Source of the DNA: Octopus vulgaris
Lineage: Eukaryota
Direction of reading: 5' to 3'
NCBI GenBank assembly: GCA_951406725.2
Contig: OX597819.1
Location: 40,114,001-40,178,000 of the forward strand
Length of the DNA: 64,000 bases
Below, piece after piece: positions 1-12,093 of this stretch; within the stretch, counting starts at the first letter, position 1; every line of letters starts with the position of its first letter. Made by a program: the position numbers and the translations under genes. Below the pieces are notes generated by a model that worked only from the letters and a program-made list of their open reading frames with translations, searched no databases and was not told the origin of the DNA.

Positions 1-110
1 TTGCCGTGAGAGTGAACCCAAAATCATATGGTTGGAAAGCAAACTTCTAAACTACACAGCCACATCTGCATTAAAAAACATTTTAAAAAAATGAATGAAA
101 TGAGCAACCA

Positions 111-264
111 GGCGTGGCTGTGTGGTAAGAAGCTTGCTTCCCAACCATATGGTTCCAGGTTCAGTCCCACTGCAGGGCACTTTGGGCAAATGGCTTCTAC
201 TATAGCCTCAAGCCAACCAAAGCCTTGTGAGCAGATTTGATAGATGGAAACTGAAAGAAGCCCG

Positions 265-341
<77 letters not shown>

Positions 342-556
342 TTTATCCTCCCATCACATCGTGACAACTGCTGTTGGTGTTTACGTCCCTGTAACTTAGC
401 AGTTCAGCTAAAGAGTGATAGAATAAGTACCACTTCTTATAAAAAAAAATAAAATAAAAAAAAAAGTACCAAGTTCAATTCAGTCAAATTAAAATTCAAA
501 GCAGTGCCCCAGCATGGCCGCAGTCTAGTGACTGAAACAGGTAAACGATAAAAGAT
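111..556 (+). mobile_element. tRNA-derived SINE family A, full length with internal (TG)n
   Basis: A/B-box-like head (TGGCTGTGTGGTAAG...GGTTCAGTCCC), body GGGCAAGTGTCTTCT...GGAAACTGAAAGAAGCCC, tail CCAGCATGGCC...GACTGAAACA. Many further partial copies at about 1-62, 1941, 2462, 5683, 6890, 33920, 56340 and 63345. Confidence 0.85.
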
Positions 557-865
557 TTGCTGAAGTCTATCATTCAGTAAAAGCTCAAATAACTATAAAA
601 TACAAATCAGTTTGTTTTCCCAGATGAGACTAACAGTAACTCAGTCCTCAGTTGTTAGAGTGTCTTAGATTACATAATAATAATATTCTTTTCAACAAAC
701 AGTTCTGTTTCAGTAGGATAGTTTGGTTAATTTCAAATGATGCAAGGAGTGAAAAGTCTTACATTTTGGGGCCTTGCACTGAGAATGACGAAGTGAGAGG
801 ATGTAAAATAAATCCTTCATTCCTCACAGCAACTGAACTTATCAAACTGTTCTCTAAACTCTCCT

Positions 866-1206
866 CATCATCATCATCATAATTTAGCGTCCGCTTTCCA
901 TGCTAGCATGGGTTGGACGGTGCAACTGGGGTCTGGGAAGCCAGAAGGCTGCACCAGGCCCAGTCTGATCTGGCAATGTTTCTACGGCTGGATGCCCTTC
1001 CTAACGCCAACCACTCCATGAGTGTAGTGGGTGCTTTTTACGTGCCACCAGCACAGCTGCCAGACGGGGCTGGCAAACGGCCACGATCAGATGGTGCTTT
1101 TTACGTGCCACCGGCACGGGGGCCAGGTGAGGCTGGCAATGGCCACGATCGGATGGTGCTTTTTACGTGTCACCGGCACGGAGGCCCATCGGGGCGGCGC
1201 TGGCAA
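866..1206 (-). mobile_element. RTE 3'-end copy with tandem 3'-UTR units
   Basis: (CAT)n-TTTAGCGTCCGCTTTCCATGCTAGCATGGGTTGGACGG is the reverse complement of the RTE tail at 47230-47389. Confidence 0.85.
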
Positions 1207-1701
1207 CTAAGAACTAATTCTTGTTGATGCACTACATCATAAGTTTCTTCAGATTTTATACTTCCTTTTCAGTAATTGGATAATCATATAGGTATTATAT
1301 GTGTGTGTTATATCATCATCTTCATCACTACTACCACCACCATTTAATCTCCATTTCCATGATGGTTTGACTGGAGCCAATGAGCCAGAAGGCTGTGCCA
1401 AACACTAATCTCTACTTTGGCATGGTTTCTATTGCCGCATGCCTTTCCTACTGCCAACCACTTCACAAATGTAATGGGTGCTTTTTACATAGCACTAGTG
1501 AAGTCACCACGTGAGTCGCAAGAAAAGACCCCCTCGACTAAGTGGTGGGGTGGTGTAATATTGAGGTGGCTCTATACTAGGTGATGAGTGGTTAATGTAT
1601 GATAGAGACAAAAACAAGTATCATGCAGTAGAGGAAATACATAGCTAACCCAGATTTATATATGTGTGTGTGTGTGTATAGATATATGTGTACATATACA
1701 T

Positions 1702-1797
1702 GGCGGCACATATTCTAAAATTGGAATGATACAGAGAAGATTAGTATGGCTCCTGTGCAAGGATGACACACAGATTCGTGAAGCATTCCATATTTTT
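1702..1797 (+). pseudogene. U6 snRNA pseudogene (5'-truncated by about 11 nt)
   Basis: GGCGGCACATATTCTAAAATTGGAATGATACAGAGAAGATTAGTATGGCTCCTGTGCAAGGATGACACACAGATTCGTGAAGCATTCCATATTTTT aligns by eye to U6 through the terminal U-run. ACAGAGA box intact, catalytic AGC triad mutated to AGT, several CpG-type transitions. Confidence 0.95.
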
Positions 1798-2371
1798 AAA
1801 AGAGAGGGGAAAAAACTACCTCACTTGGCAACAGGCGGGGGTTGGCGTCAAGAAGGGCATCCGGCCATAAAAAGCTTTCCTCACACTTAGCGCTGAGCAT
1901 ATGCACCTACATTTTTAAAGGTGAGGGCATGGCTAGGTGCAGGCATGGCTGTGTGGCTAGGGAGCTTGCTTCCTAGCTACATGGTTTCGCATTCAATCCC
2001 ACCGCGTGGCACTTTGGGAAAGTGTCTTCTGCTATAGTCCTGGGCCGACCGAAGCTTTGTGATTGAATTTGGTAGGCGGAAGTTACTGCCGTGTGTGTAG
2101 GTGCTTGTGCCTCTCCGAGAGAGAGAGGGGGACATATATATATATATGTATTCATATTCCCTATTTAACCCTTTTTTTTACACACACACAGGTATGGTGA
2201 TGCAAACAGGAAAAACAGAACTCAATAATATTCAGCAGAAGCAAAAGAGTGGATCAAGGGCCAAAAGGTTTGTGTTTGACAAGTGCCAATGCGTGGAACT
2301 CTCATCCCTTGAGTCATTCTGCTGCTTCTGCTAAATATAAATAAAAATATATATATAATATATATATCTTA

Positions 2372-2372
<1 letters not shown>

Positions 2373-2442
<70 letters not shown>
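2373..2442. repeat. (CA)n(TA)n microsatellite, representative of many (e.g. 268-338, 11670-11717, 15789-15820, 26282-26318, 59292-59341)
   Basis: Direct reading of the sequence. Confidence 0.97.
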
Positions 2443-2445
<3 letters not shown>

Positions 2446-2923
2446 GTGAGGTATGTTGGAGTTGTTAGGGCATTGCTGTGCAATTAAGAAGTTCACTTCC
2501 CAACCATATAGTTTCAAGTTCAGTCCCACTGCACAGCACCTTGGTCAAGTGTCCTCTATAGCCCTAGGTTGACCAACACCTTGTGAGTGACCTCAGTAGA
2601 CAAACATCGTACAAAGCCCATTGTGTGTATACGTGTGATTGCTTAATACTTCACCATGTCAAAAACTTAAGCTACATCTGTTGATGATGTTGACACTTCC
2701 TTGTCAACAAAATGTCCAGAGGTTCTGCAGTTTCAAAGATGAGTGAAATGCAAATATCATTACTTGAAAAACAGGAAAGAGTTAGTAACAGGAAAGGCAT
2801 TTGATTGTAAAACAATACCTCAATGATATATATTTGCCTAATCCATGCTAGCAAGGAAAAAAAAACAGATGCTAAACAAACGAGCTTATGTATAATGTAT
2901 TGAGTGAATAAATAAACAATTAC

Positions 2924-3010
2924 CTGGGTCAAACCTGAAGATATCACGGAAGTGCAAATGATGAAATCCATTGAAACCACCAAATACATATAAATAACCT
3001 TTGTAAACAA
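2924..3010 (-). CDS. KLHDC3: KLHDC3 coding exon 6 (FVYKGYLYVFGGFNGFHHLHFRDIFRFDP); gene continues beyond the window start
   Basis: TTTTCAG acceptor, GTAATT donor, 87 nt, phase 1-1; LYVFGG kelch motif. No further kelch exon found in 1-2923. Confidence 0.93.
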
Positions 3011-3801
3011 CTGAAAATATACAAGTTACGTGGAGATGAGATTGAGAAGATGAAGGGAATAAAAAGTGAAACAATGAGATGAAGAGGACAGAACTGGGAG
3101 AAAGAGAACAAGAGGCCAAAAAAAAATATACAACTAAGAGAGTAAGAGGGAGAGAGAGCAAGAGAGAGCAAGAGAAAAAAGAGAGAAATTTCCTGAGAAA
3201 TAAAGTGATTGAAATGAAAAAGATACCCTACAAAAATTTCAGATGAAGCAGAGGAACTAATTTTATGCTTTTGAATGTTATATTACTGATATATAGTGAT
3301 GTATGAAGTTTCATGGCATAGTGGTTAGGGTGATGACTTCTTAATCTCAAGATCATAAGTTCAATTCATGAACTGAGTAGCACATAGTGTCTTTGAACAA
3401 CACACTTCATTTTACATTGTTCCAGTCTACTCAGCTAGCTTGACCGCTGGTGCAGCCTTCGCTTCCTCCAGCAATCACATCCTCAATGTACCACTGGCTC
3501 AAAACTAGTGGGGAGGTGCCAATATGTCTGCTTGTGACTACACAGACACCTAAAACAAGTAGTAAAAGTATTTACCTCCAAGTTATACTCGCTTGTGAGC
3601 AATGGACATACATAAGTGTTTGTATTAAAAGGATGAAATTATCAAAAGCATGGTAACAATATGGGAAACATTGCTTCCCATGAGATTTAGTGTAATGTTT
3701 CATCCTGCCAAAGACTATGTTGAGTAGAAGTTCAAACAAACAGCCCTGTAACAGACAGATTGGCTGTTTTGAATATTAAGAGGTTAAGTCTACCGTTCTT
3801 A

Positions 3802-4025
3802 TTGGGCCGGGGCTTAATTATTGCGGCTTTTTTTCAACTAATTTTATTCAACAAAAACAATAACAATATTTAACAAAAACATCTTTAAATGGGAAGCAGT
3901 AATTGAAGTAGATGGTGAATATGCTCCAGAATAATCATTTAAAGATGTTTTTGTCATATGTTGTTATTGTTTTTGTTGAATAAAAGTTGTTGAAAAAAAG
4001 CCGCAATAATTATGCACCAATCCAA
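3802..4025 (+). mobile_element. Mariner-derived MITE with about 89-bp TIRs and TA TSD
   Basis: TA|TTGGGCCGGGGCTTAATTATTGCGGC...GCCGCAATAATTATGCACCAATCCAA|TA with Hsmar1-like TIR ends. The spacer encodes the transposase C-terminus WEAVIEVDGEYAPE*. Confidence 0.88.
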
Positions 4026-4785
4026 TAGTTCCCGACACCATTACTCATTGATTATTAAATACATACAAACTATCGTCGTCATTATCACTTGTTTAATTTG
4101 GGTTTTCAAGTTCCTTTTCAGTTAATTTTCTGAGTATTTTGACTCTTATGCAATCTCAATGTTTGCAAGTCTAACTCACAATTATTTTCCTCAAGCTATT
4201 TTTGGGGTCTGTCTATGTCATAAGTACTTTCCATCACCTAACAACTATACTTCATTTCACTTAATATACATCACTCATTTTTTCATTATATACTCCTGTC
4301 TGTAGTGTTAGTTTCTATGCATACATCTGCCAATTACTTTGATTCTCATCAGATTGTTTAATTTACTTGTACTCCATTTTTCTTGTAAGTTAACATTTCA
4401 CTTTCAAAGGGTCAAAAGTAATTTATAGATCTCCCATTGCTGCAGATTTTCTTTGATCACCATCACTCTGCCATAAACCAACACAATGTCACCACTACAT
4501 CACACTACCAGACAACATTTCTCTGCCATACACTCATCTCATATCATATGTTCTTTTGCATTAAAAAAAAACAGTTTTTTTTTATTTGCAATGCAAACAC
4601 ATCTTTTGCTGAATTTTTTCACTGCAAACATAACATCCATTTGCATCCCACAACTGAATTAGCCTTAAATCATCTAAATCCAGCTTATCTCTAACACTGA
4701 AATATGAGAAAGTGAAAACTATTAACAGTCACTACTATGAGAGAGAGAGAGAGATGAGGAGAAGGAAAAAAGTTTGGAATCTCAC

Positions 4786-4999
4786 AAGCAGAATGACTTC
4801 GCCGTCCAATTGGGGCTACTCCACTAGTTTTAGTCTGGGTCCAAGTGTTGGTGACTGTATCGAACATCTGGATTTTATTACAGTAGATTTCTCGATTAGA
4901 AAATGTCTCCCCGGAAACATCACTCCGACCACCAAACACATACATGATATTACCAATAGCTGTAGCTGAGTGGAAATCTCTCCATATTGCTGGAATGCC
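4786..4999 (-). CDS. KLHDC3: KLHDC3 coding exon 5 (GIPAIWRDFHSATAIGNIMYVFGGRSD...PIGRRSHSA)
   Basis: Lies inside ORF 4691..5023(-). CCTTGAAG acceptor, GTGAG donor, 214 nt, phase 0-1; WRDFHSA and GRRSHSA motifs. Confidence 0.95.
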
Positions 5000-5626
5000 C
5001 TTCAAGGAAAAAAGTAATAACAATTCAGAATAAATTTAAAAACTAAGAATACTTTTCAAAATTTATTTACAATCTATAATAATAAAAGCAAAAGTCTGTC
5101 TGTCTGGGACCCCTATATCTCAGTCTACATTTGATCTACATAGATATGTTATACCATTTTGGTATCAGGATTATCCTGGGATTGAAAATCTGCCCTTCAT
5201 TTGGTTCTTAAACATCCAGTGCTGAGATCTGATTTAAAAGCATTTGGGTTGCTATTTCTAGCAAGTAAAGCTTGGCTGATTCATGCCATCTTGGTTGGCG
5301 TTTGTCAGATGATGTCAGAGACCAAGTGGGAGATAAATGACATTTGCTTCATTAATTTTACAAGATAAGAACTTTGGCATAAATTGGCCAACAGTTGGAA
5401 TTCAACTTGGGACTGGAACAATAGAATGATTGCATTACAGAATTAATCCTCATCCATCCTTAATCACTGATCAAACACCACCAGGGCATATAGTCATTAT
5501 AGACATACAATAGTCATGTTATTTAGCTCTCTTTACTTTTGGGCCACAGGCCCAAATAGCCCACCACAGGAGATAGCTTAAAAGTTCACATGGAGATAGC
5601 TCAAAAGTCCACATGGAGATAGCTCG

Positions 5627-5660
<34 letters not shown>

Positions 5661-6019
5661 ATATACACACACACACACACACACGACAAGGCTTCTTTCA
5701 GTTTCTGTCTACCAAATCCTCTTACAAGGTTTTGGTTGGCCTGGGGCTATTATAGAAGACATTTTACCAAGGTTCCACATAGTGGGAGTGAACCCAAAAC
5801 TACACATCCACACTTGCACCTATAATGTGAAATTCCAGCAAAAATACTTAACCCATTAGCACCCATGGTCCTTTTTTAGGACCAGAAGGATAATCCATCA
5901 TATTTTTGCAACACCTTTATTTTTCTGGTATATCTTTAGTTAGTCATCAAGACTGGAGTATTTTTCAAATATTGTAATAAAAATTTTTTTATCAAAAATC
6001 AAAATAAGATCGAAATCAA

Positions 6020-6440
6020 AATGGAAATTGTAGTTGTGACCGATGTCAGTGCCACCTGACTGGCACATAACAAGCACCATTCAAGCATTGGTCAATGCAA
6101 GTGCCACCTGACTGGCCTCCCATGCCAGTGGCACGTAAAAAGCACCATCCAAATGTGGTAACTACCAGTCCCCCGCCGACTGGCTCTTGTACTGGTGGCA
6201 TGTAAAAAGCACCATCCGAACGTGGTTGACGCCAGTGCCGCCTGACTGGCTCCCATTCCAGTGGCACATAAAAAGCACCCACTACACTCTTGGTGCGGTT
6301 AGCATTAGGAAGAGCATCCAGCTGTAGAAACCTTGCCAGATCAGATTGGGGCCTGGTGCAGCCTACTGGCTTGCCAGTCCCCAGTCAAACCATCCAACCT
6401 ATGCAAGCATGGAAAACGGACGTTAAATGATGATGATGAT
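6020..6440 (+). mobile_element. RTE 3'-end copy
   Basis: Tandem AAAAGCACCATCCGAACGTGG units followed by the standard tail and (ATG)n. Confidence 0.85.
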
Positions 6441-6722
6441 TTAGTATCAGATAAAGTTATATAAAAAAAGATTTTTGGTAATAAATTAAATAAAAAAAAA
6501 ATTGGGCACTAGTGGGTTAATACATTAGTACCACAGTGTCTGGTGAAAGTACAACAAAAATGAACTACAAATGATTTACAAATCTATGTACAAAATTTGG
6601 TATTGTGTACAACTAAATTCAAACTTACAATGTCAGTTCAGTAGAAAAAGTAAAGCATATGGTGAATATAAAATTAAAATGAGTGAAGTGAGAGAATAGG
6701 TAGTTTAAATAAGAAAACTTAC

Positions 6723-6794
6723 TTTTATTTTTATATGTTGCCAAGTATATGTAGCGAAGTCCAAAGCTTGCACTTGGTTGGAAAATCGATCAAC
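6723..6794 (-). CDS. KLHDC3: KLHDC3 coding exon 4 (VDRFSNQVQALDFATYTWQHIKIK)
   Basis: TGCAG acceptor, GTAAGT donor, 72 nt, phase 0-0; fits the FSN..H.LD...TW segment expected between the flanking exons. Confidence 0.92.
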
Positions 6795-9538
6795 CTGCAT
6801 TATAAAAAAAGCAACATGATACTATATACCACTGAGTATAAACATTGGATCAAATTGAACTAAATAGCACTGATTAGACTGGAACTACAGAAGACACTTG
6901 TCCAAAGTGCAGCACTGTGGGACTGAACCTGAAACCTCATAGTTAAGAGGTGAACTTCTTAAAAGCACACTGCCATAACCGCACCAATCACACACATACA
7001 TACACATAGGTGTGTGTGTGTACATGAATGTGTTAGACATATCAGCCACATTTCAAGCTACTATACCAGTTACTTCCTCATAAATATATTAGATAAGTTT
7101 CTTGATTAGGTTTATCTTCATGGAAACTGGAAATCTAAAAGCATTGTAACATTGATATTGCAAATTAAAAATATGGTCAAGAATTAAAATATGCCAATAT
7201 CTGGATAGACATTTAGTGAGAAGGTCTGGCTGTGATATGGATAAACAACTGCTACAAGATTGTGGTTATTAATTACAGATCAAAAGGGAGAGAAATCAAG
7301 AAATCACGAAAGTAAACTATTTAATCAGGCAAAAGAAAACTAACTATTGAGCAAGTTTCTCTATACTGGCATAGAAATGCATTAATTGTAATGATATTGA
7401 GAAAAGGAAGGGTGGATAGTAATGAACATGCTGGCAACTAGGAGAAATTAAAGCAGTGCTCATTATAATCAGCAAATACAACTTGATTGTCATTAGTAAA
7501 AATATAATTGGGGTAGTCTTAATCAGGTGTAAACTAGATGCATACACACATCATCATCGTTTAATGTCCATGTTCTGTGCTAGCATGGGTTGGTCGGTTT
7601 GACAGGAGGGCCCAAGGATTGCATCATGCTCAAGTGTCTGTTTTGGCAAAGTTTCTACAGCTGGATGCCCTTCCTAACGCCAAGCACCTTAGAGCATGTA
7701 CAGAGTTCTATTTTCATACCACTGGCACAAGTGAGATTGCTGTACAGCTTGCAAAACTACAAAACTTAAGATGAGGGACTTAATGGTAGCAGATGAGGGT
7801 TAGGGTGTGAGACAAAGGAGTAGGGCACAGCAGATTCTTGTTGTAGAGGATTTGCATGGCTACTCACATTTAAGAGAGAGTGAGAAATGAACCAGTTGTA
7901 ACAGTAAAGAGGTAAATAGTAGTGATGAGGTGTCCAGGTGGTACCTCAAGGTACAGAGCTAAGTAGAAGTCAGTGAGGACGGAGAAACTAAGAGTGGTGG
8001 GGTTCACAAGACTGTACAAGGGGCAGGGGATAGAGGAAAATAAGGGAGAGGTAGGTAACATCTGTAAGGATCAGGTAAGTTGATTGGTGGTTGCAAAGGT
8101 GGGGTAAATATTTAATTGCATACTGCAGAAAATTAAACAAAGTTATAGACCTTATCAATTCCAACTTCCTTAATTCAAACACTCTAAGCAATGAGCTTAT
8201 ACACATTGATTGGTTGATTTGTTGTTTAACCCAAGGTGTGCTTTGACTATGTTATATTAGGATCTGTTAGAAAGGCATAAAGTCATAAATTTTTAGAGGA
8301 GAGTAAAAAAGTGCATTATTATATATTACAAAAAGTTATTAGCAATGACTAAAGCCAAGTGGTTACAGGTGAAAAATCAAAATTTTTATTTTAATTTTTG
8401 TAGGACACAAATTTTCTTTCAATTCTATTTAATATCTCTTGGCTTTCTATATTTTTATATTTTATTCCTTACATTCTAATTGATAAATTTCCTGCTTTCC
8501 TGATTCAACAGGACAATGGCATTCCAACCACAGCCTTTGTCCAAGACTGCATTGTCCAATTTGCCCTTTCTTTCCCTTCTCTCTTCTGACAGTAGAATGT
8601 GATCTGAGAGATTTGGCTGCTATTTGTAGTAGGTCAAATGACTATAGACTCCCACAGGTTGATAAGTTAGGTATCTCAACTAAGACCTCATTGTTTTCAC
8701 TGATAAACTACTGTATATGAACTGTCCACCTAATTATCTTCTCCACTCTATTTTCTTTGTTGCTCAGAACAGTAGGGACTCCTGTTCTGAGCAACAAAAG
8801 CAATAGCTTCTTTAGCCATAATAAATGCTAAATACAACAAATAAAACCATCCATGTTGATAGAGACATTAATCCAGCCAATCTGAATTAAAACTGATACT
8901 AAGAGAGAGGGCTTTTTTGTCTCATAAGTTATAATAACTACAGCCAGTCTACTGCTAATGTTAAGGGCATTCATTCTTGTATTTCACACAACACATTTTT
9001 TCTTTTATTGCTCATTGATTCTAAACACATATTTCACAAGTATTTTTGTCCCGTGTCCTGTGCATTTGTCTATACAGGTCGCATGTCTTGTGAAATACAC
9101 TCAAAAAAAAAAACAGAAATTTATTTATATACATGTTGCTGTCCTATTCCTTTTAGTTGCAAGTGGGGTACAGACTTCAAGAGAGAATTACTGGCTTCTA
9201 TCAAAAAGAATTACAGCTTTCAATCTTTAATATATTATTGTGGCTAATGGTGGAGCCTCAAACCCTTGATGGTTGAGATGAGTATACTACATGTAACATA
9301 AAACATCAATCTTCAACTTTTGTAGATTAAAGAGCCTCATTGACAGTTCTCTAATTGGGCCCTGCACATCCTAGCACTGGCTCTGCCTACATGGTATTTT
9401 CACTTAGTTCTGTTATAACATTCCAAATTCACTGAATCTATCCACAATAATTTAAGCTTTTAATAATTACTTTTATAGTCATTTTACTTCTATACTTTAG
9501 TGGAATGTTTTTTTAGATTTCCCTTTTTGTTAACTTAC

Positions 9539-9654
9539 CGCCTCTTCATAACCTCCAAATATGTACATTTTATTATTTATGACACAAGCAGAGTGACCGT
9601 CTCTGGCACCAGGTTTTACGCCGTGAACTGTTGGACGTGACCATGTGAACATAT
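9539..9654 (-). CDS. KLHDC3: KLHDC3 coding exon 3 (NMFTWSRPTVHGVKPGARDGHSACVINNKMYIFGGYEEA)
   Basis: TTTAG acceptor, GTAAGT donor, 116 nt, phase 1-0; kelch motif PGARDGHSAC...MYIFGG. Confidence 0.95.
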
Positions 9655-10140
9655 CTAAAGTTGAAAAGACAATACAAAAGATATACAATCACATAATTAA
9701 TATGGTTCTTTGGAAATTTTACTGTAATACTTGACACATTTAATATCTCACACAACACATTTAGACAGAGATTTCTTCCAACAGAAACTCCTACATTTTA
9801 CCTCACCTCATATGACACATCTACAAACCACTAACCATGTTAAATTGACATATCCATAATATCCAACCTATATTATGTCGAACCCTTTAATTCTCAACAT
9901 TACCCATTCCTTCTTTCTTCTGGAATCCCTCCTACCCCTGTTTTTCCTAAGACCATAAACTGATCGTTGAGGATCAGTAAAAGCCATAGGTACAGTTACT
10001 TCCATGAAAGCAAAACATTATAAAAATAAAAAGTTATACTCTCTTGGGCTTCATTCTAAATTAGATGCCACACACAATGCAGACATATGCATCCTTCCAC
10101 ATACAATTTAGAGATAATTACAAAATCCAACAGATTAGAT

Positions 10141-10624
10141 CAGTATTTACCAATATTTTTACTCTTGGAGAACCTTTGAAATACTTTCCATGTCTCAAGG
10201 AACCAACACATGAAATTTACAGTGCATACTCCAAATCTTCATTAATCTCATACTTTCTCTTTCATAAAGTTAAACTTCATAGTGATTTAACAAACCATAT
10301 TGTCTTTCAAAGGTTTGGCAAATACTAAATCTATCAGACACCACAAAGAAATTCAAAATTCAAAATAATTAAGACCATGTTTAAACCAAACTCCCTTACA
10401 ATTTCCTATCAAGGGGTTATTTTTCCCAAATTACCAACAGGTGCCAGGATTTCAAATATGCTCTGTGTGTATAATAAAATTAACAATATAAAATTAAACA
10501 CAAAAATTATTCAAAAATGCATTTGCATATAATCTGCTTTTTTTTTACAACTATTTCTTGTGGAACCCCTAGCAATCTCTGGCAGAACATTAAAGTTCTG
10601 GGGAACCTCAAATAGAAAATACTG
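10141..10624. mobile_element. Old hAT (Charlie-like) non-autonomous element
   Basis: Ends CAGTATTTACCAA...TAGAAAATACTG; near-perfect 8-bp TSD GATTAGAT/GATTAGAC; subterminal GGAACCC motifs. Confidence 0.7.
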
Positions 10625-10754
10625 GATTAGACTTAACTCCAATATAATGTTTAAATATTCATTACAATATTCATACATCAGTAGTTAATAAAACTTTGAA
10701 AAATGTAACTAAAATATAATAAAATCATAAACAATGGGCCACAAAAGTACTCAC

Positions 10755-10928
10755 TTGTATCAAAACAATAAAGGATATTACATGCTCCATCTTTATCATT
10801 GCGGCCACCCCAAATGAAAACACAGTCCCCAAGAGCAACAGCTGTGTGTCCGTAACGTTGGTAGGGAACATGCTTGTACTGGCTATCACCAGGCGTCGGA
10901 ACAGGTAGCCTCTTCCAACGTAAGGAGA
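10755..10928 (-). CDS. KLHDC3: KLHDC3 coding exon 2 (VSLRWKRLPVPTPGDSQYKHVPYQRYGHTAVALGDCVFIWGGRNDKDGACNILYCFDT)
   Basis: Manual minus-strand translation (not in the ORF track). TTTTCAG acceptor, GTGAGT donor, 174 nt, phase 1-1; kelch motif PYQRYGH...IWGGRND. Confidence 0.95.
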
Positions 10929-11010
10929 CTGAAAATAGAAAAGAACATAGCTTTTACCTCCAACTTCTCTCTCTTCTCAACTTTTTGCATGTGTGTGTGT
11001 GTCTGTTAGG

Positions 11011-11332
11011 GTGAAGGCATGTCTTAGTGGTTAGGGCATTCAGCTCAGAATCATAAGGTCGTAAGTTCAATTCCTGGCAATGCATTGTGTCCTTGAGCAA
11101 GACACTTTATTTCACGTTGCTGCAGTCCACTCAACTGGCAAAAATGAGTAGTACCTGTATTTCAAAGGGCCAGTCTTGTCACACTTTGTGTCATGCTGAA
11201 TCTCCCTGAGAACTACATTAAGAGTACACATGTTTGTAGAGTGCTCAGCCACTTGCACATTAATTTCATGAGCAAGCTGTTCCACTGATCGTATCAGCTG
11301 GAACCCTCGCCGTCATAAACGACAGAGTGCTC
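11011..11332 (+). mobile_element. tRNA-derived SINE family C
   Basis: TAGTGGTTAGG...AGTTCAATTCC head, then TTGTGTCCTTGAGCAAGACACTTTATTTCAC...CAGTCCACTCA core. Partial copies at about 3312-3440 (+) and 39130-39270 (-). Confidence 0.8.
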
Positions 11333-11663
11333 CTACTAGTGTGTGTGTGTGTATCGATCAATCAATATGTGTGTGTGTGTGTGTACATATGTAAGTACCG
11401 GATATAATGCACACCATGATTTTGGAAGTGGGGGTGTGTGGACATCTTGTTGAATAGGGAACAAAAAGATTGAAGTACTGATACAAGCATAGTAAGAGCT
11501 CTGACTAATCTGACGCCCTTGGATGAGAAATAATTGGTAAGATCAATCAGTAGAGCAGAGTTGTTACTAAGCTGACAACACCATTTTAATTTCTTTTTGT
11601 TCCTGCTCACCAATCTCTTCCTATCAACCCCAAATCATGGTGTGTATGTGTGCGTATATGTAT

Positions 11664-11720
<57 letters not shown>

Positions 11721-11966
11721 AGATAAGAAAATGGAGAAATACATCTAAATCAAATATCAATTATCAGATAATACTCAATCACATACTTTATTAAACCACC
11801 ACATAAGAGACTGTAGGGTTAAACACAAAAAAGCAGAACAAATCAGTGTACACAAAGGAATGTACATAAAAAAGTGTACATAAAAGAGTATTGTTGTATA
11901 ATAAGTAGAATATATATAAAAAAGAGAATATAAATATAAGTAAATATAAATATAAGTATAGATTAC

Positions 11967-12093
11967 ATCTTACAGCTGTTTCGGCCATGTAGATAAGTAT
12001 GTCTCATTTTACCAATATTAGCCTTTTATGGTAGGTCAATATATGGATATAAATGAGACAGTTACAAAAGTATCATAAGGCCTCTTCGGAGAT
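11967..12093 (-). ncRNA. Minimal type I hammerhead ribozyme-like motif (Penelope-type) with long stem II insert
   Basis: Minus strand reads ATCT-CCGAAGA-GGCC-[92 nt]-GGCC-GAAAC-AGCT-GTA-AGAT: core boxes (U4C variant), 4-bp stem II, palindromic ACAGCTGT stem III, and a stem I extendable to 7 bp. Confidence 0.65.

Noticed and set aside
1702-1797. Functional U6 snRNA gene
   Set aside because: The 5' stem-loop is truncated, the AGC triad is mutated, and upstream is microsatellite-like rather than PSE/TATA.
2180-2331. Exon-like unique segment with a minus-strand TTTAG/CAG acceptor, considered as the next KLHDC3 exon
   Set aside because: In the required phase it reads AEAAE* and has no kelch motif or clear donor. 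It could be a poison exon, but nothing supports that.
5073-5200. TCTATAATAATAAAAG...GTCTGTCTGTCTG, resembling the 5' end of a non-autonomous Helitron
   Set aside because: Could not find a matching 3' hairpin-CTRR end, so boundaries are unsupported.
6040-6280. Regularly spaced repeats resembling a CRISPR array
   Set aside because: Eukaryotic context with no cas genes, and the 'spacers' are homologous to each other; these are RTE 3'-UTR tandem units.
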